DNA of 64,000 bases from an uncultured bacterium (GCA_964482725.1 CAYZYT010000007.1:87945-151944), one strand, 5' to 3'; shown: positions 10,786 through 20,465, counted from the stretch's first letter. Numbers and translations are program-made. The notes: generated by a model not told the origin, from the letters alone.

Positions 10786-11240
10786 TCTTCTTCTACGGCC
10801 TCGTGGGGTCCGTAGTTCTCATTGACCAGTTTTCAAAATTTCTCGCCCTTCTGTACCTCTCTCCCCAAACATCGATTCCGCTTATCCCGCAGGTGCTGGA
10901 TCTGACGCTGATCCGGAACCCCGGCGTCGCGTTCGGCCTTTTTAGCGGTTATGCTCCGGTGCTTTTTACGGTGATCACGATCAGTCTCGTTTTTTTGTTT
11001 TTGATCGCTAACCGCTCCCATGGCACGGCGGCTCACGGGACCTCGACAGCGGACCGTTGGGCGCTTAGCTTGATCTTAGGCGGAGCGATCGGGAACTGGA
11101 TCGATCGCTTGCGCTTCGCGGCGGTGATCGATTTTATCGACTTCCGGATCTGGCCGGTCTTCAACCTTGCGGATACCGCGATCACGATCGGCGTTTGCCT
11201 GTATTTTATTCGCGTCCTTCTGTCCAAAGAAAAAACATGA
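10782..11240 (+). CDS. lspA: Lipoprotein signal peptidase II
   Basis: DQFSK, NPGVAFG, GAIGNWIDR, VIDFID, FNLAD. Confidence 0.96.
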   Translation: MIFFYGLVGSVVLIDQFSKFLALLYLSPQTSIPLIPQVLDLTLIRNPGVAFGLFSGYAPVLFTVITISLVFLFLIANRSHGTAAHGTSTADRWALSLILGGAIGNWIDRLRFAAVIDFIDFRIWPVFNLADTAITIGVCLYFIRVLLSKEKT

Positions 11241-11974
11241 AGCCGATCCTTTTTTCTTTCGGAACGATCCACCTCTACTCGTATGGCCTTAGCATTGCCC
11301 TCGGCGTCATGCTCTCGGTCTTTTTGATGAAACGTCGTGCGCTAAAGGAAGGTTTTCCTAAACCTGACGAAGTGTTCGATATGGCTTTTATGGTTTTAGT
11401 GTGGGGATTTCTCGGAGCTCGGCTTTTTTATGTGATCCAGAACTTCTCCTATTACGTCGCCGAGCCGCTTAAGATCTTTGCCGTTTGGGAAGGCGGACTG
11501 ATCTTTTATGGCGGTGCGATTTCGGTATTTCTCGGGCTTGGGTGGACCGCCTGGAAGAAACAATGGCCTTTCTGGAAAACTTTGGATTTTCTCGTGCCCT
11601 ATGGGGCCTTGACCCATGCCTTTGGCCGGATCGGATGTTTTCTGAATGGATGCTGTTTTGGAAAATCCTGCGAATTGCCCTGGGCGGTCCGGTTTCCTGA
11701 GCTTTTGTATGCTGTGCATCCGACCCAGCTCTATGAGGCGCTCTATGACCTCGTGCTTTTCACGTTTCTCATCCAACGAGGGAAGCGGGTCCGGTTCGAA
11801 GGCGAGATCAGTCTTCTTTATCTCCTTTTGTACGGAATGGGGCGTTATACGATCGAGTTCCTGCGAGAGCCGAGTTGGACATGGCAGGGACTTACTTCGA
11901 ACCAGTGGTTGAGCGTGGCGATCATCGTTGCGGCTTTCCTCGTTTTTCAATCCCGCCGGCGCAAGAGCTCATAG
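11237..11974 (+). CDS. lgt: Prolipoprotein diacylglyceryl transferase
   Basis: GARLFYV, WEGGLIFYGG, GRIGCFLNGCCFG, HPTQLYE, EFLRE. Confidence 0.96.
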   Translation: MKPILFSFGTIHLYSYGLSIALGVMLSVFLMKRRALKEGFPKPDEVFDMAFMVLVWGFLGARLFYVIQNFSYYVAEPLKIFAVWEGGLIFYGGAISVFLGLGWTAWKKQWPFWKTLDFLVPYGALTHAFGRIGCFLNGCCFGKSCELPWAVRFPELLYAVHPTQLYEALYDLVLFTFLIQRGKRVRFEGEISLLYLLLYGMGRYTIEFLREPSWTWQGLTSNQWLSVAIIVAAFLVFQSRRRKSS

Positions 11975-11976
11975 CC

Positions 11977-12906
11977 ATGCCTAAAAACCGTTTTACGGAG
12001 TTTGTGGTGGAGGCGATGGAGGCGGAGCAGCGTCTCGATGTGTTCCTTGCCGAAAAAATGTCCCATCAGCACTCGCGGTCGCATCTCCAGAAGATGATCA
12101 AGAATGGTGCTGTGCTTGTGGATGGAAAAGATGTGACACCCCATTATCCGGTGAAATCGGGTGAGCATATCCGAGTCGAAAAGCTCGATATGCCGGAGGA
12201 GGATCTTCCCGCCGAGGCGATCCCGCTCGATATTGTCTATGAAGATGAGGATTGCCTGGTTGTGAACAAGAAGGCAGGCATGGTCGTTCACCCTGCGCAT
12301 GGAAATCCCAATCACACGCTTGTGAACGCGCTGCTCTTCCATGTCCAAAGCCTTGGAAATTCAGGGGATAATAATAAGGTCAGGCCCGGAATCGTGCACC
12401 GGCTCGACAAAGATACTTCAGGCCTTTTGGTGGTTGCCAAGAACGACTACGCGCATGCCAAGCTCGCGCTCCAGTTCAAGGAGCATACGATCGATCGTGT
12501 TTACAACGCCATCGTTCGCGGCGTGGTGCAGCATGACGAAGGGGTCTGTGAAGAGCCGGTGGGGCGTGCCTTTCTTAACCGTAAAAAAGTGATCGTTTGT
12601 CCCTCCGGGGGTAAGGATGCGACCACTTTTTTTCGTGTGTTGAAACGGTTCCCGAACGCGACTTTTGTAGAGATCCGCCCGAAGACCGGCCGTACCCATC
12701 AGATCCGCGTGCATTTCGCGTATATGGGACATCCCGTCCTGGGGGACGCCCTTTATGGGGTACAATTCCCGCCCATCAAACGACAAGCGCTTCACGCCTT
12801 GTCTCTCGGATTTGAGCAACCCCGTACGAAGAAGTGGATCCATCTTACCAGCGAGCTCCCTGAGGATATGCAGGGCCTTCTGCGCTTTCTTGAATCGCAC
12901 TCCTAA
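11977..12906 (+). CDS. rluD: RluA/RluD family 23S rRNA pseudouridine synthase
   Basis: S4 domain, VVHPAHG, GIVHRLDKDTSG, TGRTHQIRVH. Confidence 0.95.
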   Translation: MPKNRFTEFVVEAMEAEQRLDVFLAEKMSHQHSRSHLQKMIKNGAVLVDGKDVTPHYPVKSGEHIRVEKLDMPEEDLPAEAIPLDIVYEDEDCLVVNKKAGMVVHPAHGNPNHTLVNALLFHVQSLGNSGDNNKVRPGIVHRLDKDTSGLLVVAKNDYAHAKLALQFKEHTIDRVYNAIVRGVVQHDEGVCEEPVGRAFLNRKKVIVCPSGGKDATTFFRVLKRFPNATFVEIRPKTGRTHQIRVHFAYMGHPVLGDALYGVQFPPIKRQALHALSLGFEQPRTKKWIHLTSELPEDMQGLLRFLESHS

Positions 12907-12926
12907 TTGCCTTATAATCAAAAGCC

Positions 12927-13604
12927 GTGAATTCTGTCCATTGGTTTTTCTTCATCGGGACGGTCGTCGTCTCTCTGGGTTTTGCGCTCCATGGTCAATG
13001 GGTGCTCTGGAAATACAAGGCGCCCTCCTATAGGACTGCCGTGACCGGCTGCGAGATCGCACGTTTCGTGCTGGATAAAGCAGGCCTCGTCCAGGTTCCG
13101 GTGACTCCGATGGAACCTTCCGAGGAATACCCTTCAACGGAAGCTCTTTTTCTGGAGCCCATGATCTATGAAGGCCGCGATTTTCTTGCTATCCTCCAGG
13201 CGGCACGCCAGGCCTACCTTAAATGTCAGCTTTCCAACATGACTTTTTGGGTGCGTCTCAAAAAACGCATGGCTTTTGTGATCCGCGTTACAGTCCTGGC
13301 TGGGTGGATCCTCTTGGCTCTGGGCATCTTTTTCCCAACATTTCGTGCTCTCGTCAATCTTGCGCTCGGGTGTTTCACCGTGGTCCTGGCTCTTGTAATC
13401 TTTGATCTTCCTTTTGAGTTGGAGGTCGAGGAAAAAACGTCCAAGCTTCTTAAGGATTCCGGGCACTTTCAACCGAATGAAATGGTCCATCTGAAAAAAT
13501 TGAGTCAGGTCATGGCTCTTTGGGGCCTTGCCGCCGTCGTTCGCGCACCGTTCAACAAGTGTCTTTCTCTTATAGGGAAAAAGGGGAGGGTCTATGGGCT
13601 TTAA
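12927..13604 (+). CDS. YugP-like (Zn_peptidase_2) membrane protein, HEXXH lost
   Basis: TGCEIARFVLDKAGL, TM helices and LPFELE resemble the YugP family; no HEXXH motif. Confidence 0.6.
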   Translation: MNSVHWFFFIGTVVVSLGFALHGQWVLWKYKAPSYRTAVTGCEIARFVLDKAGLVQVPVTPMEPSEEYPSTEALFLEPMIYEGRDFLAILQAARQAYLKCQLSNMTFWVRLKKRMAFVIRVTVLAGWILLALGIFFPTFRALVNLALGCFTVVLALVIFDLPFELEVEEKTSKLLKDSGHFQPNEMVHLKKLSQVMALWGLAAVVRAPFNKCLSLIGKKGRVYGL

Positions 13605-15147
13605 GAATCTCGGGGAATTTCTGAAAGCTCTTCGCGCCGAGGGCGAGCTTGTTGAGGTGAAGGCCTCCGTCGATCCGGTGCTGGAGGTGACGGAGATCTA
13701 TGACCGGGTGGTGAAAAAGGAAGGGCCGGCGCTTCTTTTTACGAATGTCCGCGGTTCCTCCATGCCGTTGGTGATCAATCTTTTTGGTTCTGCGAAACGT
13801 ATGAGCATGGCGCTCGGAGTGAAGACCCTTTCCGAGATCGCGGAGCGCATCCGTTCTTTTTTGGATCTGAAGCCGCCCCGGGGCCTTTTTGAAAAACTCG
13901 CGATGATCCCCAAGCTTTCGGAGCTCAATGCCGTGCTCCCCAAATTCGTCAAGGACGCGCCTTGCCAGGAGAAGGTTATTCTTGTGGGCGAGGGTAAGCC
14001 CAATTCTCCATCAGAAAATGCAAAGGTTAATGGGGCTAGTCCTGGCAACCTTCTATCAGAAGAAAATAGATGCCAGGGCAAGATGTTGGACCAACTCCCC
14101 CTGATCCAGTGTTGGCCGAAAGATGGCGGAAAATTCATCACGTTTCCGCTTGTGATCACCAAGGATCCGGAGACGAACCAGCGCAATTGCGGGCTTTACC
14201 GCATGCATGTCTATAACGATCAAACGACGGGTATGCACTGGCAGATCCATAAGGACGGTGCCGAACACTTCCGGAAGCTCAAACCCGGAAGTAAAGGGCG
14301 TTTGCCCGTCGCTTGCGTGATTGGCGCAGATCCGGCGACCATGTTCGCTGCCGCGTGTCCGCTACCTGGCGGGATGGATGAGATGATGCTTGCAGGATTT
14401 CTTCGAAAAAAGTCTGTGGAGCTCGTGAAATGCAAGACGATCGATCTGGAGGTTCCGGCGGAGGCTGAGATTGTATTGGAAGGCTATGTGGAAGAAGGGG
14501 AGATGCGCCTCGAAGGGCCGTTCGGGGATCACACGGGTTTTTACTCTCGCGCAAAAGATTTTCCCGTATTCCACGTCACCTGCATGACGCATCGAAAAAA
14601 CCCCGTCTATGTGACGACCGTCGTTGGCCGTGCACCGATGGAAGATTGCTACATGGGGAAGGCTATCGAGCGGATCTTTCTGCCGATGATCCAGAAACAA
14701 TTTCCCGAGATCACGGATATTTGCCTGCCGTGGGAGGGCGCGTTCCACAATTGCCTGATCGTCTCTATCAAGAAGAGTTATCCTGAACAGGGAAAAAAAA
14801 TCATCCATGCGATCTGGGGCCTCGGACAGATGATGTTCTCCAAAATGGTCATCGTGCTCGATCATGATACGAACATTCAGAATCTTAAAGAAGTTTCGTG
14901 GCGCGTTCTCAACAACATGGATCCCAAGCGTGATATGGTGTTCGGCGAAGGGCCGCTCGATGAGCTTGACCACGCTGCCGCCAAGGATTTTGGGGGCTCC
15001 AAAATAGGGATCGACGCCACGCGTAAAGGCGACGTCGAGGGGATGCAGCGTCCCTGGCCCGAAGACATTATCATGGCGGATGAAATTAAGCGCCGCGTGG
15101 AGGCTCGTTGGTGCGAGTATGGGTTGGATGAAAAATACCTTCGCTAA
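13594..15147 (+). CDS. ubiD: UbiD-family decarboxylase of menaquinone biosynthesis (MqnL-like)
   Basis: GPALLF, NLFGS, CWPKDGGKFIT, EGPFGDHTGFY, GPLDELDHA, KIGIDAT. Confidence 0.95.
   Translation: MGFKNLGEFLKALRAEGELVEVKASVDPVLEVTEIYDRVVKKEGPALLFTNVRGSSMPLVINLFGSAKRMSMALGVKTLSEIAERIRSFLDLKPPRGLFEKLAMIPKLSELNAVLPKFVKDAPCQEKVILVGEGKPNSPSENAKVNGASPGNLLSEENRCQGKMLDQLPLIQCWPKDGGKFITFPLVITKDPETNQRNCGLYRMHVYNDQTTGMHWQIHKDGAEHFRKLKPGSKGRLPVACVIGADPATMFAAACPLPGGMDEMMLAGFLRKKSVELVKCKTIDLEVPAEAEIVLEGYVEEGEMRLEGPFGDHTGFYSRAKDFPVFHVTCMTHRKNPVYVTTVVGRAPMEDCYMGKAIERIFLPMIQKQFPEITDICLPWEGAFHNCLIVSIKKSYPEQGKKIIHAIWGLGQMMFSKMVIVLDHDTNIQNLKEVSWRVLNNMDPKRDMVFGEGPLDELDHAAAKDFGGSKIGIDATRKGDVEGMQRPWPEDIIMADEIKRRVEARWCEYGLDEKYLR
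13996..14082. repeat. In-frame tandem hairpin insertion in ubiD
   Basis: aagcccaatt..aatggggcta and ctagtcctggca..tgccagggcaag; encodes an extra ~28 aa KPNSPSENAKVNGASPGNLLSEENRCQG. Confidence 0.6.
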
Positions 15148-15988
15148 GTTCGGGTTGTTCCTTGAGATGATCAAGTTTGAGCATTCGATCTTTGCTCTTC
15201 CGTTCGCGTATCTAGGCCTTTTTTTTGCGGAAAAAAAAGTCCCGAGCTTTTTTCTTTTTTTCTGGATCACGGTCGCGATGGTGAGTTTCCGTACTATGGC
15301 GATGGCTTTGAACCGGCTGCTCGATCGGGCGATCGACGCGGAGAACTCGAGGACTCGCGGAAGAGCGTTACCTCAAAAAAAAATACCAACAGGTTTTGTT
15401 TGGCTGGCGGTGCTAGCTTCGTTCCTTGTTTTTGAAGGGAGTGCTTTTACCCTGGGACCGTTGTGTTTTTGGCTTTCCCCGTTTCCCGTGCTGCTGGCGT
15501 GGGGCTATCCTTTGACCAAGCGTTTTACGTGGTTCTCGCATTTTGTGTTGGGCTTGGTGCTTGGCATCGCACCGTATGGTGCCTGGATCGCGAGCCGCGG
15601 ATCGTGGGGGTGGACTCCGGCGTTCCTGACGGCGGGTGTGATGATGTGGGTCGCGGGTTTTGATATGATCTACGCGCTTCAGGATATTGATTTTGACCGA
15701 CAACGAGGGCTTTATTCCGTGCCCGCCAAGTTCGGAGAAGCCAGGACGCTTCAGATCACCCAAGGCCTTCATGGGCTGGCGGTTCTTTGCTGGGGTGTGG
15801 CAGGATTTTTGAACGGGGCGGGGTGGGTCTACGGGCTGGGCTTGGTGCTCGTGGCCTATTTTCTTGTTCGTGAGCATCAGTTGATCCGTTCTTTTGGTGT
15901 CGCCAAAATGAACGAAGCTTTTTTCCTCATGAATGCCGTCGTCAGCCTTACGCTGCTCGTGGCGGTTATTCTTGACACAATGTTATAG
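15128..15988 (+). CDS. ubiA: UbiA-family polyprenyltransferase (MqnP-like)
   Basis: IKFEHSIFALPFA, NRLLDRAIDAENSRT, YPLTKRFT, GFDMIYALQD. Confidence 0.93.
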   Translation: MKNTFAKFGLFLEMIKFEHSIFALPFAYLGLFFAEKKVPSFFLFFWITVAMVSFRTMAMALNRLLDRAIDAENSRTRGRALPQKKIPTGFVWLAVLASFLVFEGSAFTLGPLCFWLSPFPVLLAWGYPLTKRFTWFSHFVLGLVLGIAPYGAWIASRGSWGWTPAFLTAGVMMWVAGFDMIYALQDIDFDRQRGLYSVPAKFGEARTLQITQGLHGLAVLCWGVAGFLNGAGWVYGLGLVLVAYFLVREHQLIRSFGVAKMNEAFFLMNAVVSLTLLVAVILDTML

Positions 15989-15999
15989 GAGGTCTTGAA

Positions 16000-16503
16000 A
16001 TGAGAAAAGTTTTTTTCGTGATGCTTTTTGTCCTAACATTCCTTTCGCTTGCCTATGCCGCGCAAAAAAACAGGATTGAATTAATAGACGGCGGCATTTT
16101 TGAAGGGGAGGTCATTTCACTTCGCGAAGGAGAATATACGATCAAAAGTACAAGCATCGGAACCTTCAAGGTCGAAGCCTCTCGAGTCCGTAAGATAAGT
16201 CCGGTAGGTCCCACCGAAGGATTTTCCGGAAAACCAGCGCTACCTGCCGACACTGCGGCTGGTGGTGCCAGCGAGGTTCAAAAGGTCCAGTCCATGATCG
16301 CCGCGGATCCGGACATGATGAAAGCCCTCCCCGGGCTGACCGGAAATGCTGATTTTCAGGCCCTTTTAAAAGACCCCGAGATCATGAAGGCGGCAAAATC
16401 GATGGATCTCAAGACTCTTATGACGAATGAGAAAGTCGTTAATGCTGCCAATAATCCGGCGATCCAAGAGATTAGCCGAAAGATTAAAAAGAAGAATGGT
16501 TAA
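16000..16503 (+). CDS. Exported protein: small beta domain plus STI1-like helical C-terminus
   Basis: AGGAGG RBS, signal peptide (AYA), DPDMMK/DPEIMK/NPAIQ helical repeats. Confidence 0.65.
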   Translation: MRKVFFVMLFVLTFLSLAYAAQKNRIELIDGGIFEGEVISLREGEYTIKSTSIGTFKVEASRVRKISPVGPTEGFSGKPALPADTAAGGASEVQKVQSMIAADPDMMKALPGLTGNADFQALLKDPEIMKAAKSMDLKTLMTNEKVVNAANNPAIQEISRKIKKKNG

Positions 16504-16504
16504 T

Positions 16505-17101
16505 ATGAAACCCTACATTGTTGCGATAACGGGGGCAAGCGGGGCGGTGTATGGAGTGCGGTTGCTCGAGGTGTTAGCGGAACAGAAGGTGCCTGTGGAG
16601 CTCGTGATCTCGGATACGGCGAAGTTCGTGATGAAAGAAGAAGGACAAGTTCTCGCATCAGGGACAGGTCCCGGAAGCGAAAGCGGACCTGTCCCTTTTG
16701 TTACTATTCACGATTTCCGCGATTTCACCGCGCCGATCGCGAGCGGTTCGTACCCGACGGAAGGGATGGTGATCGTTCCGTGCAGCATGGGAACGCTGGG
16801 GGCGATCGCGTCAGGTCTTAGCCAGAATCTCATTCACCGGGCCGCCGATTGCACGATCAAGGAAGGGCGGAAACTCATTCTGGTTCCTCGCGAAACGCCG
16901 CTTTCGGCCATTCATCTTGAAAATATGCTCAAGCTCGCGCGCCTTGGCGTGAAGATCGTTCCGCCGATGCCGGCATTTTACACTAACCAGAAGAGCATCC
17001 AGGACCTTGTGGATTTTGTGGTCGGAAAGATCCTGGATCAAATGGGCGTTCCACACATGCTTTATCCTCGGTGGGTGGGGAAAATGGACCACAGACCATA
17101 G
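16505..17101 (+). CDS. ubiX: Flavin prenyltransferase UbiX (MqnM-like)
   Basis: AITGASGA, IASGS, PCSMGT, RAAD..IKE, PRETP, PPMPAFY. Confidence 0.96.
   Translation: MKPYIVAITGASGAVYGVRLLEVLAEQKVPVELVISDTAKFVMKEEGQVLASGTGPGSESGPVPFVTIHDFRDFTAPIASGSYPTEGMVIVPCSMGTLGAIASGLSQNLIHRAADCTIKEGRKLILVPRETPLSAIHLENMLKLARLGVKIVPPMPAFYTNQKSIQDLVDFVVGKILDQMGVPHMLYPRWVGKMDHRP
16660..16696. repeat. In-frame perfect 12-bp inverted repeat in ubiX
   Basis: agggacaggtcc (16660-71) / ggacctgtccct (16685-96). Confidence 0.85.
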
Positions 17102-17131
17102 CTAGGGGCTATACACTTTTCGGAAAATTTG

Positions 17132-17980
17132 ATGAATACTCCAGCCAAGCTTCGGATCGGAAAAATAAAGTATCTCAATTGCCTGCCCTTTTACTTTGGC
17201 CTTGCGGAAAGGCTTCGCGCAAAGGGGCTGGAGCCGGAGGCTTGTTTTTTCGAGTCGTATCCGGCTGAGATCAACCAAGCGATGGAAAAAGGGGAGATCG
17301 ATGCAGCCCCGGTGTCCTCCTTGGAATATCTCCAGCATCAAGCCGATTATCTTCTCCTGCCGGACCTCGCGATCGGAACGCGGCTTTTCGCGCGGAGCGT
17401 GCTTCTTCTTTCCAAAAAAAAGATCGAGAGCCTCGACCACGCCGTGATCGCGCTGTCCCGCGAAAGTCTCAGCTCCGCCGCTCTTGTGCGTATTCTCCTG
17501 TCGAAAAAATATAACCATCGCAACACCTTCGAACTGACCGATCAGGACCCCGAGGCCATGCTTCAAAAATATCCGGCCGCGCTTGTGATCGGGGACCAGG
17601 CGCTTTTCTGCCAGCCCAAAGAATTGATCTATAAGTATGATCTCGGGGAGCTGTGGCAGTCCTGGACCGGAAAGCCGTTCGTCTTTGCCTTATGGGCCGT
17701 GCGGAGGGATTTTGCCGCCCGGTATCCGGAGCCGCTTGGGGCTTTTCTCGGGAGTTTGAAAGAAAATCTTCGGAAGAATTTGGAGGACCCGGAGGTTCTT
17801 CTGAAAAAAGCGCTCGGGGTCGCACCCTCGGACAAAAGATTCTGTCAATTGCTTGGCTATCTGGTCAATCTTCAATACGCGCTTGATGTGGATATGAAGG
17901 AGGGCGTGCTGCGGTTCTTTGAACTGGCTCATGAAGAGGGCCTCGCCCCGGCGCCCCAACCTCTGCAATTCTTTGAATAA
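17132..17980 (+). CDS. mqnA: Chorismate dehydratase (futalosine pathway)
   Basis: IKYLNCLP, PVSSLEY, SVLL, LVIGDQAL, DLGELW..WTGKPFVFALW. Confidence 0.93.
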   Translation: MNTPAKLRIGKIKYLNCLPFYFGLAERLRAKGLEPEACFFESYPAEINQAMEKGEIDAAPVSSLEYLQHQADYLLLPDLAIGTRLFARSVLLLSKKKIESLDHAVIALSRESLSSAALVRILLSKKYNHRNTFELTDQDPEAMLQKYPAALVIGDQALFCQPKELIYKYDLGELWQSWTGKPFVFALWAVRRDFAARYPEPLGAFLGSLKENLRKNLEDPEVLLKKALGVAPSDKRFCQLLGYLVNLQYALDVDMKEGVLRFFELAHEEGLAPAPQPLQFFE

Positions 17981-17981
17981 T

Positions 17982-19094
17982 ATGAATGACGCCTGGCCCC
18001 TTCTCGAAAAACGGCTGAGTGGCGGACGTTTAACGCTCGAAGACGGCGTGCGGCTCTACGAGTGTGATCTCATGAGTCTGGGGCAGGCGGCGCAAAAGCT
18101 GACGTCGCGGATTTTGCCGGACGTTGTCACGTTCGTGGTCGACCGCAATATCAGCTACACGAATGTCTGCACGATCGGCTGTGACTTCTGTGCGTTCCAT
18201 TGCGCCCCCGGAGCTTCGAACGCGTTTGTGCTTTCCCAAGAGGAGATCTTGGTAAAGGTCCGGGAGCTTGTTGATCTCGGGGGAACTCAAGTTCTCATCC
18301 AGGGAGGCATTCATCCGGACCTGAAGCTCGATTATTATCTGGAGATGGTCCGCGCCATTCGTCAAAAATTCCCCCAGGTTTTGATCCACTCTTTTTCCGC
18401 GATCGAGATGGATGTTCTATCGCAAAAGTCCGGGATCCTTTTGCCTGAACTATTCAGGAAGTTCAAGGAAGCGGGTCTCAATTCATTGCCGGGGGGCGGG
18501 GCGGAGATCCTTGTGGAGCGTGTACGCAAGCGGATCAGCCCGAAGAAGATCTCATCCGACCGGTGGCTCGAAGTGATGCGGACGGCGCACGAGGCCGGCC
18601 TTAAGACTACGGCCACGATGGTGTTCGGTCATGTCGAGACAAAGGAAGAGAGGATCATGCATTTGATCCGTCTTAGAGAGTTGCAGGACCAGACGCAGGG
18701 TTTCCGTTCATTCATCCCCTGGAGTTTTGTGCCCTTCGCAAAGAAGGGGACAGTCCCTTTAAATGCGTTAGAGGGGCTGTCCCCTTCAGGCGGGGACGAT
18801 TATCTCAAGACGGTGGCGATCTCAAGGCTCATGCTCGACAATATCGAACATATTCAAAGCGGCTGGCTGACCGAAGGACTGAAACTCGGGCAGATCGCAC
18901 TTGCCTTTGGTTGTGACGACATGGGCGGTACTTTGATCGAGGACAAGGTCCTGGAGCCTACGGGGATCAAGGTCCATACACGTCGCGACGATCTCATAGG
19001 CCTCATTCAAGATGCCGGTTTTATTCCTGTTCAGCGTGACACGAATTATCAAGTGCTCAAAGTTTTTGAGGCGGTGCGCCATGCCCACGCCTGA
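17982..19094 (+). CDS. mqnC: Cyclic dehypoxanthine futalosine synthase (radical SAM)
   Basis: DRNISYTNVCTIGCDFCAF, QGGIHP, SLPGGGAEIL, TATMVFG, FIPW. Confidence 0.88.
   Translation: MNDAWPLLEKRLSGGRLTLEDGVRLYECDLMSLGQAAQKLTSRILPDVVTFVVDRNISYTNVCTIGCDFCAFHCAPGASNAFVLSQEEILVKVRELVDLGGTQVLIQGGIHPDLKLDYYLEMVRAIRQKFPQVLIHSFSAIEMDVLSQKSGILLPELFRKFKEAGLNSLPGGGAEILVERVRKRISPKKISSDRWLEVMRTAHEAGLKTTATMVFGHVETKEERIMHLIRLRELQDQTQGFRSFIPWSFVPFAKKGTVPLNALEGLSPSGGDDYLKTVAISRLMLDNIEHIQSGWLTEGLKLGQIALAFGCDDMGGTLIEDKVLEPTGIKVHTRRDDLIGLIQDAGFIPVQRDTNYQVLKVFEAVRHAHA
18743..18787. repeat. In-frame 20-bp stem hairpin in mqnC
   Basis: gaaggggacagtccctttaa / ttagaggggctgtccccttc (18/20 matches; both mismatches are G-U). 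Confidence 0.88.
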
Positions 19095-19812
19095 TAAGGA
19101 ATTTATCCGAGGGGCCTTTGATTCGATCACGCCGCGCTACGATCTGTTGAATCAGATCCTGAGCTTCGGGCAGGCCGATCGATGGAGAAAAAAAGCATGC
19201 GAGATCGTCTTGAGAGATTTAGTGACTGTCACCCAAGGTGACAGTCACCCAAGTTCAAGACCCCGTACGATCCTGGACCTCGGCTGCGGGACGGGAAAGT
19301 TCCTGGAGTGCTTCCTGAGAAAAAAATCCTGGGAAAGTGCGACAGGAGTGGATTTTTCGGTCGCGATGCTCAAAAGAGCGCGTGAGACGATCCCAGGAAA
19401 TGTGATGTGGCTGCAAGAGGATTTCGAATCCTTGCCTTTTCTCGAGTCGAGTTTTGATCTTGTGATCTCTGGATTTACGCTCAGGAGCGTTCAAAAACTC
19501 CCGGAATTTTTTAGCCAAGTTCACCGGATCCTGACCCCGGGCGGAAAGGCTGCTTTCCTGGATCTGACAAGACCTCGGAATTTCTGGGCCCGGCTCTTTT
19601 TTTATCCCTATCTGAAATTCGCGTTGCCCTTTCTGGGATGGCTTATTTCGGGCAACCGGAAGGCCTATGATTTCTTGTCCGGTTCAATCCGGGATTTCCA
19701 GTCTCCGGAGAAGACGATCCATTGGATGGAGGCTCTGGGATACCGCGACTGCACGAGTAAAAGCTTTGCTTTTGGCGCCGCGACGCTTATTATGGGACGA
19801 AAATCGGCCTAG
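19081..19812 (+). CDS. menG: Demethylmenaquinone methyltransferase
   Basis: FDSITPRYDLLNQILSFG, LDLGCGTG, LPF...SFD, AYDFL..SI. Confidence 0.9.
   Translation: MPTPDKEFIRGAFDSITPRYDLLNQILSFGQADRWRKKACEIVLRDLVTVTQGDSHPSSRPRTILDLGCGTGKFLECFLRKKSWESATGVDFSVAMLKRARETIPGNVMWLQEDFESLPFLESSFDLVISGFTLRSVQKLPEFFSQVHRILTPGGKAAFLDLTRPRNFWARLFFYPYLKFALPFLGWLISGNRKAYDFLSGSIRDFQSPEKTIHWMEALGYRDCTSKSFAFGAATLIMGRKSA
19222..19248. repeat. In-frame perfect 12-bp inverted repeat in menG
   Basis: gtgactgtcacc-caa-ggtgacagtcac. Confidence 0.85.
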
Positions 19813-19969
19813 AGTTAAAGCCTCTTTCTTAGGGCTCCTGCCTGAATTTATGGAATCAATAACGGTTACGGCTACGAAACTTGTATCGGTAAAGGCATCG
19901 TTGCCATAGACGAATAGCGTTACTGAAAAGTAACGGCCATTTTTCAAAAGATCACTGTTAAGGTGCCTC

Positions 19970-20425
19970 ATGGACATAGTGAAAAGAATTATTGAATTAG
20001 GGCTTGTGCTGCCGCCCGCGCCTAAGCCGGTGGGGCTTTATCAGCCGTTCGTGGTGGCTGGGAAGCTGGCTTTTTTGAGCGGCCTGGTTTCCAAAGATGC
20101 GGAAGGCAAGATCCTGACCGGGAAGGTCGGTAAAGACCTTTCCCTGGCGGAGGGAAGGGCGGCCGCGCGGCTTGCGGCGTTGAATGCCCTGAGTATCATG
20201 AAGCACCTGATCGGTTTTGAGCGGATCCGCCGTGTGGTGAAGATGACGGGTTTCGTTCAAACGGCGTCCGATTTTTACGAGATCCCCGGGGTGGTGAACG
20301 GCGCTTCGGAGCTTCTCGCGGACGTGATGGGCGAATCTGGCGCTCATGCCCGTTCTGCCGTTGGCGTGGCGAGTCTTCCCATGAATGCTGCCGTCGAGAT
20401 TGAAATTATCCTTGAATTGATATAA
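19970..20425 (+). CDS. RidA/YjgF family protein
   Basis: LP.AP.PVGLY, FLSG, VVNGASELL, HARSAVGVASLPMNAAVEIE. Confidence 0.93.
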   Translation: MDIVKRIIELGLVLPPAPKPVGLYQPFVVAGKLAFLSGLVSKDAEGKILTGKVGKDLSLAEGRAAARLAALNALSIMKHLIGFERIRRVVKMTGFVQTASDFYEIPGVVNGASELLADVMGESGAHARSAVGVASLPMNAAVEIEIILELI

Positions 20426-20465
20426 CGAAGGGGAGCGTCTCCTTCATATTACGGAAAGGAAATCA

